A stretch of DNA of 64,000 nt from positions 6,237 through 70,236 of the forward strand of contig JBJEED010000008.1 in NCBI GenBank assembly GCA_051872765.1, in the 5' to 3' direction. The notes under the pieces are model-generated. The model saw only the letters and a list, made by a program, of their open reading frames with translations. It was not told the DNA's origin and searched no databases. Of the stretch, positions 25,798 to 35,240 are shown one piece after another. Position 1 is the stretch's first letter; the number at the start of each line of letters is the position of its first letter. Source of the DNA: Bacilli bacterium (GTDB taxonomy: Bacteria; Bacillota_I; Bacilli_A; RF39; UBA660). Both the position numbers and the translations under genes were made by a program.

Positions 25798-26928
25798 ATG
25801 GAAAATAAAAACAATATCAATAAAGAAATGTTATTTGCTAAATCTTTTTATCTTCTTGGAAAATCTATGGATACATGTTATGATTGTTCTTATTGTAGAC
25901 TTAATGGGGAAAAGTGTGAGAGTAAACAATATGAAGTAATACCTAGTGATATTAATCCTATATTTACTAATTTGCCGGTTGCTGTTAATTTATTTTATGG
26001 AGATCCTTTGTTACAAATAGAACAAACTATTAAATATTTAGAACAATTAGAGCAAGCTGGTCATAAAGGAATAGTAACAATTATTACTAAAGGAGATTTT
26101 AGTAAGTTTCCTGATAGAGAGTTTAATTTAGATTTACATATTGCTTTTTCAACGTTTGGTGTAGATTCTTATTTAGATGGTAGTTCTATGAGTAGGTTTG
26201 AAAATAATTTGAGTCAAATTGAAAAACGAAAACATAATTATAAATATTCAATAGAGTATAGGCCAATAGTATATAATATAAATGATAGTGAAGAAGCATT
26301 TAATAGGGTAATTCAACTTGCTAAAAAATACAACCTTTCAATTGGATATTCTGGTCTTCAAGGTAAAAAAGAAAGTGTTAAAATATGGAATGAAATGGGA
26401 TATTCTGAGTTACAGCCTTATCCTGGTTATAATTTTGGCCATAAGAAAATCATAGATGAAAAGGTTATTAAACTATTTGAAACAATAGCTAAGAGGGAAG
26501 GAGTGAATGTTTTTAGAAAAACTTCTTGTTTATTTTCATATACTCATGGACTTGATAGAGACTATAATGCTCATTATTATAGACCAAGTGAACTTGGATG
26601 TGAAAATTGTATAATGAGAGAAAAATGTATGGAATATAAAGCTAATTTACCTCTTGATAATAATTTAAGTGATATTATTCCATTTGATTATGAAATTGTT
26701 CATAAAGATAAACATATATGTATTCTAAAGCAAAAGGGTATATGTGAGTTCCCAACAGAGGATTGTGGAAAAATAAGTGGAAATATTATTAGAATTAACG
26801 ATATAATAACAACATCAGATGTTAGGGTTATAAAATGGTTAACTGGTTACACAGTTGATGCTGATTTTTTTGAATCGCCATATATAAGTGAAAACTGGTC
26901 TATGGGACAAAAAATATTAAAAAAATAA
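25798..26928 (+). CDS. Cys-rich protein, possible Fe-S / radical-SAM-like enzyme (uncertain)
   Basis: N-terminal cluster TCYDCSYC (CxxCxxC), followed by barrel-like segments (VAVNLFYGDPLL, VTIITKGD). C-terminal Cys clusters are CENCIMREKC and CILKQKGICEFPTEDC. ATG 25798 follows SD aggtga. Confidence 0.35.
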   Translation: MENKNNINKEMLFAKSFYLLGKSMDTCYDCSYCRLNGEKCESKQYEVIPSDINPIFTNLPVAVNLFYGDPLLQIEQTIKYLEQLEQAGHKGIVTIITKGDFSKFPDREFNLDLHIAFSTFGVDSYLDGSSMSRFENNLSQIEKRKHNYKYSIEYRPIVYNINDSEEAFNRVIQLAKKYNLSIGYSGLQGKKESVKIWNEMGYSELQPYPGYNFGHKKIIDEKVIKLFETIAKREGVNVFRKTSCLFSYTHGLDRDYNAHYYRPSELGCENCIMREKCMEYKANLPLDNNLSDIIPFDYEIVHKDKHICILKQKGICEFPTEDCGKISGNIIRINDIITTSDVRVIKWLTGYTVDADFFESPYISENWSMGQKILKK

Positions 26929-27049
26929 AAATAAGTTTTTATAAATGGAAGTGTTTTATTTTAAATTATTAATTAATAAGTCATAATTTTTTAATAGTTT
27001 AATTAATTATGGTGATTAATAAAAGTTTTAAGAATTAATTATATTTTCT

Positions 27050-27078
27050 TTGAAAAATAAAAAAATAAGTAGTATAAT
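27050..27078 (+). promoter_or_regulatory. sigma-A-type promoter of the metK leader
   Basis: TTGAAA (27050-27055), 17-nt spacer, TATAAT (27073-27078). Confidence 0.55.
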
Positions 27079-27086
27079 AAAATATA

Positions 27087-27206
27087 TCTTATAAAGAGTG
27101 ATTGAGGGACTAGCCCTATGAAATCACACCAACCTATTAGATTAGGTGGTAAAGCTAGAACGATAAGATAACTTTAGTACTCAAGGTTATCTTGGGTATT
27201 TTTTTA
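27087..27206 (+). promoter_or_regulatory. SAM-I (S-box) riboswitch with intrinsic terminator
   Basis: P1 tcttat (27087-27092) pairs with ataaga (27163-27168). Conserved core: AGAGtGattGAGGGActaGCCCtatGAAatCac...CAACC...GGTGgTAAagC. Terminator arm aagataac (27165-27172) pairs with gttatctt (27186-27193), followed by a T-run. The 5' terminator arm overlaps the 3' strand of P1. Confidence 0.85.
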
Positions 27207-27228
27207 TAGGATAAAAGAAGGAGGATAT

Positions 27229-28248
27229 ATGAAATATTATAGTAATGAAATAGTGTTTAGAGGTCATCCTGATAAAGTGTGTGATCAAATAAGTGATGCT
27301 TTATTAGATGAATGTTTGAAGCAAGATAAGAATAGTTGATGCGCTATTGAAGTAATGGGTGGTAAAGGAAAGATATTTATTACTGGTGAAATTACTACTA
27401 AAGCAAAATTAGATGTAATTAATATTACTAAAAGAGTACTTAGAGATGTTGGTTATGATACTAATTATGAGATAGTAGACAACTTAGGAAAGCAAAGTGT
27501 AGACATTGCTCTTGGAACAAATGATAAAGTAGGTGGTGCTGGGGATAATGGAATGATGTTTGGATACGCATGTAAGCAAACAGATAAATATTTGCCACTA
27601 TCTATGGTGATTCTTTAAGAATTTAGTGAATCTTATGATAAACTAAGAAAAAAAGATAGTAGATTTAAAAGTGATGGTAAAGCACAAATAACAGGTATTT
27701 ATGATAATAATAAATTAGTAGCTATAAAATACTTTACTATTTGTTATCAAAATACAGAAACTCAAAGGGATAAGACAGATAAAATATTAATAGATATAGC
27801 TAATAATATAGTAAATAAATATCAAATTAATGTAGAAAACTATTTGATAAATCCAACAGGAAGGTTTTGTATTGGAGGTTTTGATGGAGATGCCGGACTT
27901 ACAGGTAGAAAAATTGTAGTTGATAGTTATCAATCTTTTGCAAATGTTGGTGGTGGTGCTTTTTCTGGAAAAGATCCTAGTAAAGTTGATAGAAGTGGTG
28001 CTTATAAAGCAAGAGAAATTGCAAAAGAATATGTTAAAAATAATAATTATGAATGGTGTTTAGTACAATTATCTTATGCTATTGGTAAAGAAGAGCCACT
28101 AGCAATATATATAACAACCGATAAGGGAGATATAAATGTTCCTAAAAAGCTATATAAGGAATGCAAACCAAAAAATATAATTAAAGATTTAAATCTTAAA
28201 AATATATGTTATGAAGATAGGGCAAAATTTGGTCATTTTAGAGATTAA
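27229..28248 (+). pseudogene. metK: S-adenosylmethionine synthetase gene interrupted by two in-frame stop codons
   Basis: One reading frame gives [28 protein letters not shown]...KNS*CAIEV...GAGDNGMMFGYAC...PLSMVIL*EFSE...INPTGRFCIGGFDGDAGLTGRKIVVDSY...GGGAFSGKDPSKVDRSGAY. TGA lies at 27337-27339 (aligned to the conserved Arg of ..ARVACE..). TAA lies at 27616-27618. There is no frameshift. Confidence 0.85.
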
Positions 28249-28409
28249 TTATTTTTATATTATATTGTTTTAAGATTCAATTTCTTGTTTTAAAATAGTA
28301 AAGATGATAAAATTGTAAAGTAATTATATGTTTAAAGTATTATATTTCATTATATGATAAAAATAATTATTAGATAATTAAAAGAGATATCATGAAGGAA
28401 GTGAATTAC

Positions 28410-30362
28410 ATGTTTAAGTTAGTATCAAAATATAAGCCTAGTGGAGATCAACCACAGGCAATAGAAAAATTAGTAGAAGGAATAAATGAAGGTAAAAAGC
28501 ATCAAGTTTTACTAGGTGCGACTGGAACAGGAAAAACTTTTACTATTGCTAATGTAATTCAAAGAGTTAATAAACCAACTTTAGTTTTAGCACATAATAA
28601 AACTCTTGCTGGACAACTTTATTCAGAATTAAAAGAATTGTTTCCAGAAAATCATGTAGAGTATTTTGTTTCATATTATGATTATTATCAACCAGAAGCA
28701 TATGTTCCAAGTAAAGATTTATATATTGAAAAAGATTCATCTATTAATGATGAAATAGATGAACTAAGACATGCAGCAACTGCAGCTATAATTGATAGTA
28801 GAGATACTATAATTGTTTCTAGTGTATCTTGCATATATAATATTGGTGAAAAAGAAGAATATAAAAATAAAATGTTAAATCTTTATATTGGGCAAAAAAT
28901 AGATAGAGATGTTATACTTGAAAAGTTAGTATCTATGCAATATGAGAGAAATACAATTGATTTTAAGAGAGGTACTTTTAGAGTAAGAGGAGATGTTATA
29001 GAATTAATACCAATAGGTGAAAAGAAAAATGGTATTAGAGTAGAATTGTTTGATGATGAAGTTGAAAGAATTAGTTTTTTTGAGCCTTTAACTGGAAAAA
29101 CAATAAATAATGTAAAAACTGTTAGTATATTTCCAGCATCATTATTTGTAACTAGTGATGTTAAGTTAAAAGAAGCAACAAAAAGAATAGAAAAAGAGTT
29201 AATAGCTAGATTAAAAGAATTGCATGAAGATGGAAAACTATTGGAAGAACAAAGATTAAAAGAAAGAACTATGTATGACTTAGAAATGCTTAAAGAGACA
29301 GGATTTTGTCATGGTATTGAAAATTATAGTAGACATTTATCCTTAAGAGAAAGTGGAGAAACACCAACTACATTAATTGATTTTTTTCCAGAAGATTTTT
29401 TACTAGTTATAGATGAGAGCCATGTAACATTACCACAAGTAAGAGGTATGTATAATGGAGACCATATGAGAAAACAGACACTAGTTGATTTTGGTTTTAG
29501 ATTGCCAAGTGCGATGGATAATAGACCATTAAAATTTGATGAATTTACAAGTAAATTAAATCAAACGATATATGTATCAGCAACACCAGGTGATTATGAG
29601 TTATCGCTTGTTAATAATAAAACTGTAGAACAAATAATAAGACCTACTGGACTTTTAGATCCTCTTATTGAAGTTAGACCAACTAAGAATCAAATTGATA
29701 ATATATTAGAAGAAATAAATAAGAGAATTGAGAATAATGAAAGAGTTTTAATTACTACACTAACAATTAGAATGAGTGAAGAATTAACATCATATTTAAA
29801 AGAACTTGGATATAAAGTAACTTACTTACATAATGAAATTAAAACATTAGAAAGACTTAATATTATTAGAAATTTAAGACTTGGTAAGATAGATATAATT
29901 GTTGGAATAAACTTACTTAGAGAAGGACTTGATATTCCAGAAGTATCACTAATATGTATTATGGATGCAGATAAACAAGGATTTTTAAGAAGCGATAGAA
30001 GTTTAATACAAACAATTGGAAGAGCTGCTAGAAATGAAAATGGTAAGGTAATAATGTATGCTGATGTTATAAGTGATGCTATGAAAAAAGCTATTGATGA
30101 GACATCAAGAAGAAGAAGTATTCAAGAAAAATATAATAAAGAACATAATATTGTTCCAACTACTATAGTAAAAGAAGTCAAAGAAGCTATATCAAATACA
30201 CAGGAAGAAGAAAAAATAGAAACAAAAAAATATTCAAAGAAAGAACTTAACGATATGATAGGAAGATTAGAAATTGAAATGAAAGAAGCAGCAAAAAAAC
30301 TTGATTTTGAAAGAGCTACTGAACTTAGAGATGTTATATTTGAACTTAAAGGATTAAAATAG
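28410..30362 (+). CDS. uvrB: excinuclease ABC subunit B
   Basis: [59 protein letters not shown], and a C-terminal UVR motif [12 protein letters not shown] 28410 follows SD aaggaag. An alternative ATG lies at 28392. Confidence 0.95.
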   Translation: MFKLVSKYKPSGDQPQAIEKLVEGINEGKKHQVLLGATGTGKTFTIANVIQRVNKPTLVLAHNKTLAGQLYSELKELFPENHVEYFVSYYDYYQPEAYVPSKDLYIEKDSSINDEIDELRHAATAAIIDSRDTIIVSSVSCIYNIGEKEEYKNKMLNLYIGQKIDRDVILEKLVSMQYERNTIDFKRGTFRVRGDVIELIPIGEKKNGIRVELFDDEVERISFFEPLTGKTINNVKTVSIFPASLFVTSDVKLKEATKRIEKELIARLKELHEDGKLLEEQRLKERTMYDLEMLKETGFCHGIENYSRHLSLRESGETPTTLIDFFPEDFLLVIDESHVTLPQVRGMYNGDHMRKQTLVDFGFRLPSAMDNRPLKFDEFTSKLNQTIYVSATPGDYELSLVNNKTVEQIIRPTGLLDPLIEVRPTKNQIDNILEEINKRIENNERVLITTLTIRMSEELTSYLKELGYKVTYLHNEIKTLERLNIIRNLRLGKIDIIVGINLLREGLDIPEVSLICIMDADKQGFLRSDRSLIQTIGRAARNENGKVIMYADVISDAMKKAIDETSRRRSIQEKYNKEHNIVPTTIVKEVKEAISNTQEEEKIETKKYSKKELNDMIGRLEIEMKEAAKKLDFERATELRDVIFELKGLK

Positions 30363-30445
30363 TGTTGATAAAAAAGTGATAAAATGATATCATATCAATG
30401 GGATGTGATTATATGAAAAGATTGCATTTTATGAAAAAAAGATTT

Positions 30446-30478
30446 AAGAGTATTTAAATTTTTTAAGTACTCTTTTTT
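30446..30478 (+). terminator. probable terminator after uvrB
   Basis: aagagta (30446-30452) pairs with tactctt (30468-30474), followed by tttt. The 15-nt loop is large. Confidence 0.45.
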
Positions 30479-30495
30479 AGTGAGAAGGAGTTTTA

Positions 30496-31638
30496 ATGAA
30501 GGAGCAAATCGAAAAAGAAAAACTAAGATTAATGGTATTTCAAAGTGCTAAAGAGTTAGGAGAAAAAGTTGATAAGCATTTACTAGATAAATATGGACTT
30601 GATAGTGAACAATATACATTCATTGTTCCAATAAAAGAAAATTTTTTTGAGGATGGTCATTTTAAAGTAGAAATTGAAGAAACCGTTAGAGGAAAAGATT
30701 TATTTTTACTTACTGATATTGGAAACTATTCTATTGAATACACAATGCATGGCTTTATAAATCATACAAGTCCACAAGATTTATTAATGCAATTAAAAGA
30801 TGGAATTAATGCTAGTAATTGTCATGCTAAGAGTATTAATATTGTAATGCCTTTATTGTATGCAGGAAGACAACATAGAAGAAATACAAGAGAATCCCTT
30901 GCTTGTGGAGCCGCATTAAGAGAAATTGATAATTTAAGTAGAATAAAAAGTTTTATTACTTTTGATGCACATGATCAAGGCGTTGAGCATGCTGTTCAAA
31001 ATATGGAATTTGATAATTTTTATGTAACTAATACTATATTAGATGAATTTATTAAAGATTTAAGTATTGAAGAATTAAAAAATCTAGTATTTATTGCTCC
31101 TGATACTGGTGCGACGGGAAGACGAAATGTATATTTAAATTCATTTGCTAGTCCATATATTAATAGAGAAGCAGGAGGATTTATTAAGCAAAGAGATTAT
31201 AATAATTTAGTTAATGGAAAATATCCAGTAGTATCTCATGATTACTTTGGAAATGGTAATTTAGAAGGCAGAACAGCTATTGTTACAGATGATATGATAT
31301 CAAGTGGTGGTAGTATGTTTGATGTAATAGATGAACTTAAGAAAAATAATGTTTCTAAAATATATTTAATCGTAACATATTCACTATTTACAAGAGGTAT
31401 AGATAGATTTGAAGAATATTATAAAGAAGGAAAATTAGATGGAATATATACAAGTAATCTATCTTATATTCCAAAAGAATATCAAGATAGAGAATGGCTA
31501 CATATATGTGATTGTAGTTATGCTCTTGCTGATATTATTTACAATATTCATAATGATTTATCGATTTCATCAATATTAAGAGATAAATCTGCTCCAATAA
31601 AATTATTAGAAAAGAAGTTTAATGGAAATCAAAGATAA
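30496..31638 (+). CDS. prs: ribose-phosphate pyrophosphokinase-family protein (long, 380-aa form)
   Basis: VMPLLYAGRQHRR, FDAHDQGVEHA, IAPDTGATGR, and the PRPP-binding loop AIVTDDMISSGGSMFD. Confidence 0.75.
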   Translation: MKEQIEKEKLRLMVFQSAKELGEKVDKHLLDKYGLDSEQYTFIVPIKENFFEDGHFKVEIEETVRGKDLFLLTDIGNYSIEYTMHGFINHTSPQDLLMQLKDGINASNCHAKSINIVMPLLYAGRQHRRNTRESLACGAALREIDNLSRIKSFITFDAHDQGVEHAVQNMEFDNFYVTNTILDEFIKDLSIEELKNLVFIAPDTGATGRRNVYLNSFASPYINREAGGFIKQRDYNNLVNGKYPVVSHDYFGNGNLEGRTAIVTDDMISSGGSMFDVIDELKKNNVSKIYLIVTYSLFTRGIDRFEEYYKEGKLDGIYTSNLSYIPKEYQDREWLHICDCSYALADIIYNIHNDLSISSILRDKSAPIKLLEKKFNGNQR

Positions 31639-31740
31639 AATCATTTAATGAAAAATCAAAGGGATTATAAATTTTTTGACAAGTTGCATAAAATATGATA
31701 CAATCATTAAACATCTCAAACAAAGGAGGAGGATTATAGA

Positions 31741-32109
31741 ATGGAATATTTTAAAAAAATGTTACAGAATTATGATCAATTTGATATTGAGCCACATATA
31801 TCTTATAGTAAAGGTGCACTTGAACAATTAGCGATGGAAGAACCTATATTAGTAATATGGACTAAAGAATATCAAGGAGTAAATATTACTAGTTATACTG
31901 AGTATGCAGAATATATCAAAAATGTAAAAGATAGATGTGATAAATATAATTTAAATGAAGAAGCTCATTTACCAGAAGTTATCAAAGTTATAACTGATAG
32001 TTATACTACTAGTGAAATTATGGATATACTTATGAGTCATGTTGGTAGAGAGAGATTAGAACTATTAAGTAAGCTTAATGATAATAAAAAATTGCATTCA
32101 AGAAAATAA
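31741..32109 (+). CDS. hypothetical protein (122 aa)
   Basis: Strong SD aaggaggagg. No motif recognised. Confidence 0.5.
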   Translation: MEYFKKMLQNYDQFDIEPHISYSKGALEQLAMEEPILVIWTKEYQGVNITSYTEYAEYIKNVKDRCDKYNLNEEAHLPEVIKVITDSYTTSEIMDILMSHVGRERLELLSKLNDNKKLHSRK

Positions 32110-32140
32110 GATAGAAAATATGAAAGTTTCTATCTTTTTT
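32109..32140 (+). terminator. rho-independent terminator
   Basis: agatagaaa (32109-32117) pairs with tttctatct (32127-32135), followed by a T-run. Confidence 0.7.
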
Positions 32141-32152
32141 ATAGTTTTACCC

Positions 32153-32181
32153 TTGACAAAAAGTTTAATTAATTGTAATAT
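32153..32181 (+). promoter_or_regulatory. sigma-A-type promoter for the rel leader
   Basis: TTGACA (32153-32158), 17-nt spacer, TAATAT (32176-32181). Confidence 0.55.
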
Positions 32182-32213
32182 CTATTCATAATTTATTTTT
32201 TTGAGGTGATCGT

Positions 32214-32291
32214 ATGAAAATAAATAATATAATTAATAAAAAAATAATTTATTATTTTCATATGTTTACCATGCATAAAAGTCGTAAATGA
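32214..32291 (+). CDS. 25-codon leader peptide ORF upstream of rel
   Basis: SD gaggtga lies 4 nt upstream of the ATG. The peptide is MKINNIINKKIIYYFHMFTMHKSRK. Its TGA stop (32289-32291) lies in the loop of the downstream terminator hairpin. Confidence 0.45.
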   Translation: MKINNIINKKIIYYFHMFTMHKSRK

Positions 32292-32310
32292 ATAATTGCG
32301 ACTTTTTTTT
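32277..32310 (+). terminator. intrinsic terminator/attenuator between the leader ORF and rel
   Basis: aaaagtcg (32277-32284) pairs with cgactttt (32299-32306) and is followed by T8. It ends about 20 nt before the rel start, leaving no room for a separate rel promoter. Confidence 0.65.
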
Positions 32311-32331
32311 ATAAGAAAAGGGTGTGAGATT

Positions 32332-33771
32332 ATGAATAGTGTTACTTTAAAAGAACTTTTAGATTTGATTAATACTTATAATAGGGAAGATGTTGAAAAG
32401 ATAAAAAAGGCATATGAGTATGCTAAAACTCTTCATAATGGTCAAATAAGACAAAGTGGAGAAGAATATATTACACATCCATTAAATGTTGCTTATATTT
32501 TAGCTGAGATGCATGCTGATAGTGATACTATTTGTGCTGGATTACTTCATGACACATTAGAGGATACTAATATTACTAAAGAAGATATTGCTCATGATTT
32601 TAATCCACAAATCGCATCATTAGTAGATGGCGTTACTAAATTATCTAAAATGAATTTTTCTAGTAAAGAGGAACAAAATTTTGCTAATACTAGAAAAATA
32701 ATCACTAGTATAAGTGATGATGTTAGAATTATTATTATTAAATTAGCAGATCGATTACATAATATGAGAACACTTGAATTTAAAAGTGCTTTTAAACAAA
32801 AAGAAAATTCTGTTGAAACCATGGAAATATTTGTTCCTCTTGCGTATTTAATTGGTGCATATAGAATTAAGTCTGAACTTGAAGATATATCACTTAGATA
32901 TTTAAAGCCAGATAAATACAAAGAAATAGAAGAAAAAAAACTTAGTGTTGAAGAATATTATAAAGAATGTGCAAATGAAATGTTATATAAGATATCTAGG
33001 ATATTAAACGATAGAGAAATTCCAAATGAAATAAAAATAAGAACAAAAAATATTTATGGTATATATAAAAAAATGTGTGAAGGAAATAAAATAAATGATA
33101 TTCATGATTTAGTAGCATTAAAAGTAATAGTTGATGAAATTGATAATTGTTATATCACTCTTGGTCTTATACATAGAGAGTATAAACCAATTAATAGTAG
33201 ATTTAAAGATTATATTAGTTGTCCTAAAACTAATATGTATAGTTCGCTTCATTCAACCGTATTTGGTCCATCTGATACTATAATTCAAACGCAAATTAGA
33301 ACATTTGATATGGATAAAATTGCATCATTTGGATTAACGGCATATTTTGATACAGAAAAAGGTAATGCAAGAGAAACTATGCAAAAAGCTTTAAATGAAA
33401 AATTTCAATTTTATAAATCACTATCAGAAATAGATAGTACTTTTAGTGATAATAGACAATTTGTTAATCAAGTAAAATATGAATTATTTTCATCTTTAAT
33501 ATATGTATATAATTCTAATGGAGATGTTATTGAATTACCAATTGGTTCAACTGTAATTGATTTTGCATATAAACTTGGAAGTGAAATAGGAAATACATTA
33601 GTTGGAGCAGTAGTTAATGATAGATTTGTAAGTGTTGATACTATTCTACATAATAAAGATAGAGTTAAAGTTCTTACTAACGAATTATCTTTTGGACCAC
33701 GATTAGAATGGGAAAATAAAGTTCGTACAAGTTATGCTAGATCAAAAATAAAAGATTTTTATAATGGATAA
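32332..33771 (+). CDS. rel: bifunctional (p)ppGpp synthetase/hydrolase of the Rel/SpoT family. This is a short form that ends just after the TGS domain.
   Basis: HD domain HNGQIRQSGEEYITHPLNVA...LLHDTLEDT. Synthetase region YGIYKKM, LVALKVIV, RFKDYISCPKTNMYSSLHSTV, QIRT. TGS region IYVYNSNGDVIELPIGSTVIDFAY...DRVKVLT. The protein is 479 aa from ATG 32332, so it lacks the usual ~250-aa C-terminal regulatory region. Confidence 0.9.
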   Translation: MNSVTLKELLDLINTYNREDVEKIKKAYEYAKTLHNGQIRQSGEEYITHPLNVAYILAEMHADSDTICAGLLHDTLEDTNITKEDIAHDFNPQIASLVDGVTKLSKMNFSSKEEQNFANTRKIITSISDDVRIIIIKLADRLHNMRTLEFKSAFKQKENSVETMEIFVPLAYLIGAYRIKSELEDISLRYLKPDKYKEIEEKKLSVEEYYKECANEMLYKISRILNDREIPNEIKIRTKNIYGIYKKMCEGNKINDIHDLVALKVIVDEIDNCYITLGLIHREYKPINSRFKDYISCPKTNMYSSLHSTVFGPSDTIIQTQIRTFDMDKIASFGLTAYFDTEKGNARETMQKALNEKFQFYKSLSEIDSTFSDNRQFVNQVKYELFSSLIYVYNSNGDVIELPIGSTVIDFAYKLGSEIGNTLVGAVVNDRFVSVDTILHNKDRVKVLTNELSFGPRLEWENKVRTSYARSKIKDFYNG

Positions 33772-33825
33772 ATATAAAAAAGTAATTGTTTTATGATTTT
33801 AATAATATATTTAAGTGGTGAATAT

Positions 33826-34977
33826 ATGAAGAAAATTTTTATAACGATTATTTTTTTGTTTATGTTGATAAACAATGTTTATGGAAGTGAAGTTGATTTA
33901 GCAAAGAATGCAGAAAGTGCAATATTATTGGAAACATCAACTGGCAAAATTATTTATGAAAAAGATATTCATACTAAAAGAAGTCCTGCTAGTATGACAA
34001 AAATAATGACATTACTACTTACTATGGAAGCTCTTGATAATGAAATAATACACTTAGATGATAAAGTTACTATATCAAAAAATGCTTCTAGTATGGGTGG
34101 TACTCAAATATTTTTAGAAGAAGGAAGTAGTGTTGATGTTGAAACATTAATAAAAGGTATATCAATAGCATCTGCAAATGATGCTGCAGTAGCAATAGGT
34201 GAATTTATTGGTGGAACAGAAGAAAATTTTGTTTTAATGATGAATGAAAAAGCAAAAGAATTAGGATGTAAGAATACTAATTTTAAAAATCCTCATGGTT
34301 TAGATGAAAAAGATCATTATACAAGTGCATATGATTTATCATTAATTGCAAAAGAATTATTAAAGCATGAAAAAATACTTAAATATACAAGTACTTATGA
34401 AGACTATATTAACGTATCTGGGGAGAATCATTGGTTAGTTAATACAAATAAATTAGTTAGATTTTATAAAGGAATAGATGGACTTAAAACAGGTTATACA
34501 GATAATGCTAAATATTGTTTAACTGCAACTATGAAGAAAAATAATATGAGATTATTAACTATAGTTATGAAAGAGGATACAAAGGATAATAGAAATAATG
34601 ATACTATTGCTATGATGGAATATGGATTTAGTCAGTATGGAGTAGAAAATGTTATATTAAAAGATGAATATGAAGATAAGATAGTTATTAATAATGCAAA
34701 AAAAAGAGAAGTTAAATATTATTTGACAGAAGATGTAAATATCATCTCTAAAAAAGGTAACAGAGATATAGATTATAAAATAGATAAAGAACTATATAAT
34801 GTAAAAGCACCAATAAGTAAAAATACAAAAGTAGGTAAATTAAAAATAACATATGATAATGTAGTATATGAATATGACTTAGTGGTTAAAGAAGATGTGG
34901 AAAAAGCAAATCTTTTAAATGTTATATATTCAGTATTTAAAGATATGATAAGTGGAGTAAAATTATTAAATAAATAA
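33826..34977 (+). CDS. D-alanyl-D-alanine carboxypeptidase (PBP5/DacF-like)
   Basis: Signal peptide, SPASMTKIMT (SxxK), ASANDAA (SxN), and LKTGYTDNAKYC (KTG). Confidence 0.85.
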   Translation: MKKIFITIIFLFMLINNVYGSEVDLAKNAESAILLETSTGKIIYEKDIHTKRSPASMTKIMTLLLTMEALDNEIIHLDDKVTISKNASSMGGTQIFLEEGSSVDVETLIKGISIASANDAAVAIGEFIGGTEENFVLMMNEKAKELGCKNTNFKNPHGLDEKDHYTSAYDLSLIAKELLKHEKILKYTSTYEDYINVSGENHWLVNTNKLVRFYKGIDGLKTGYTDNAKYCLTATMKKNNMRLLTIVMKEDTKDNRNNDTIAMMEYGFSQYGVENVILKDEYEDKIVINNAKKREVKYYLTEDVNIISKKGNRDIDYKIDKELYNVKAPISKNTKVGKLKITYDNVVYEYDLVVKEDVEKANLLNVIYSVFKDMISGVKLLNK

Positions 34978-35240
34978 TTATTTAATATTAAAATAATCTA
35001 TTGTTTAGAAAATACAATTAATTTGAGATACTAAATTATTAGTATTTCTTTTTTGTAATATATTTTATAGTAATGAATAAAAATGAATATTAAATGAGAA
35101 AGAATAATAAAATGCAAAAATAAAAATTATTACAATTATATCTACATGATTTAAGTATTAATTTTTTTTACTTTTGATTAAAATGTGAACAAATTTATTC
35201 AATAAAAAATATTAATATTTTATTATTTAATATTAATATT

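Noticed and set aside
27337-27618. Possibility that the metK in-frame TGA and TAA are recoded (genetic code 4 Trp, selenocysteine or programmed readthrough) rather than nonsense
   Set aside because: TGA clearly terminates ordinary genes in this window, for example aroF at 1350-1352 and the rel leader ORF. The TGA aligns with a conserved Arg, not Trp or Cys. I see no SECIS-like hairpin after it. The second stop is TAA. A pseudogene or sequencing error is more parsimonious. The question is kept open in the findings.
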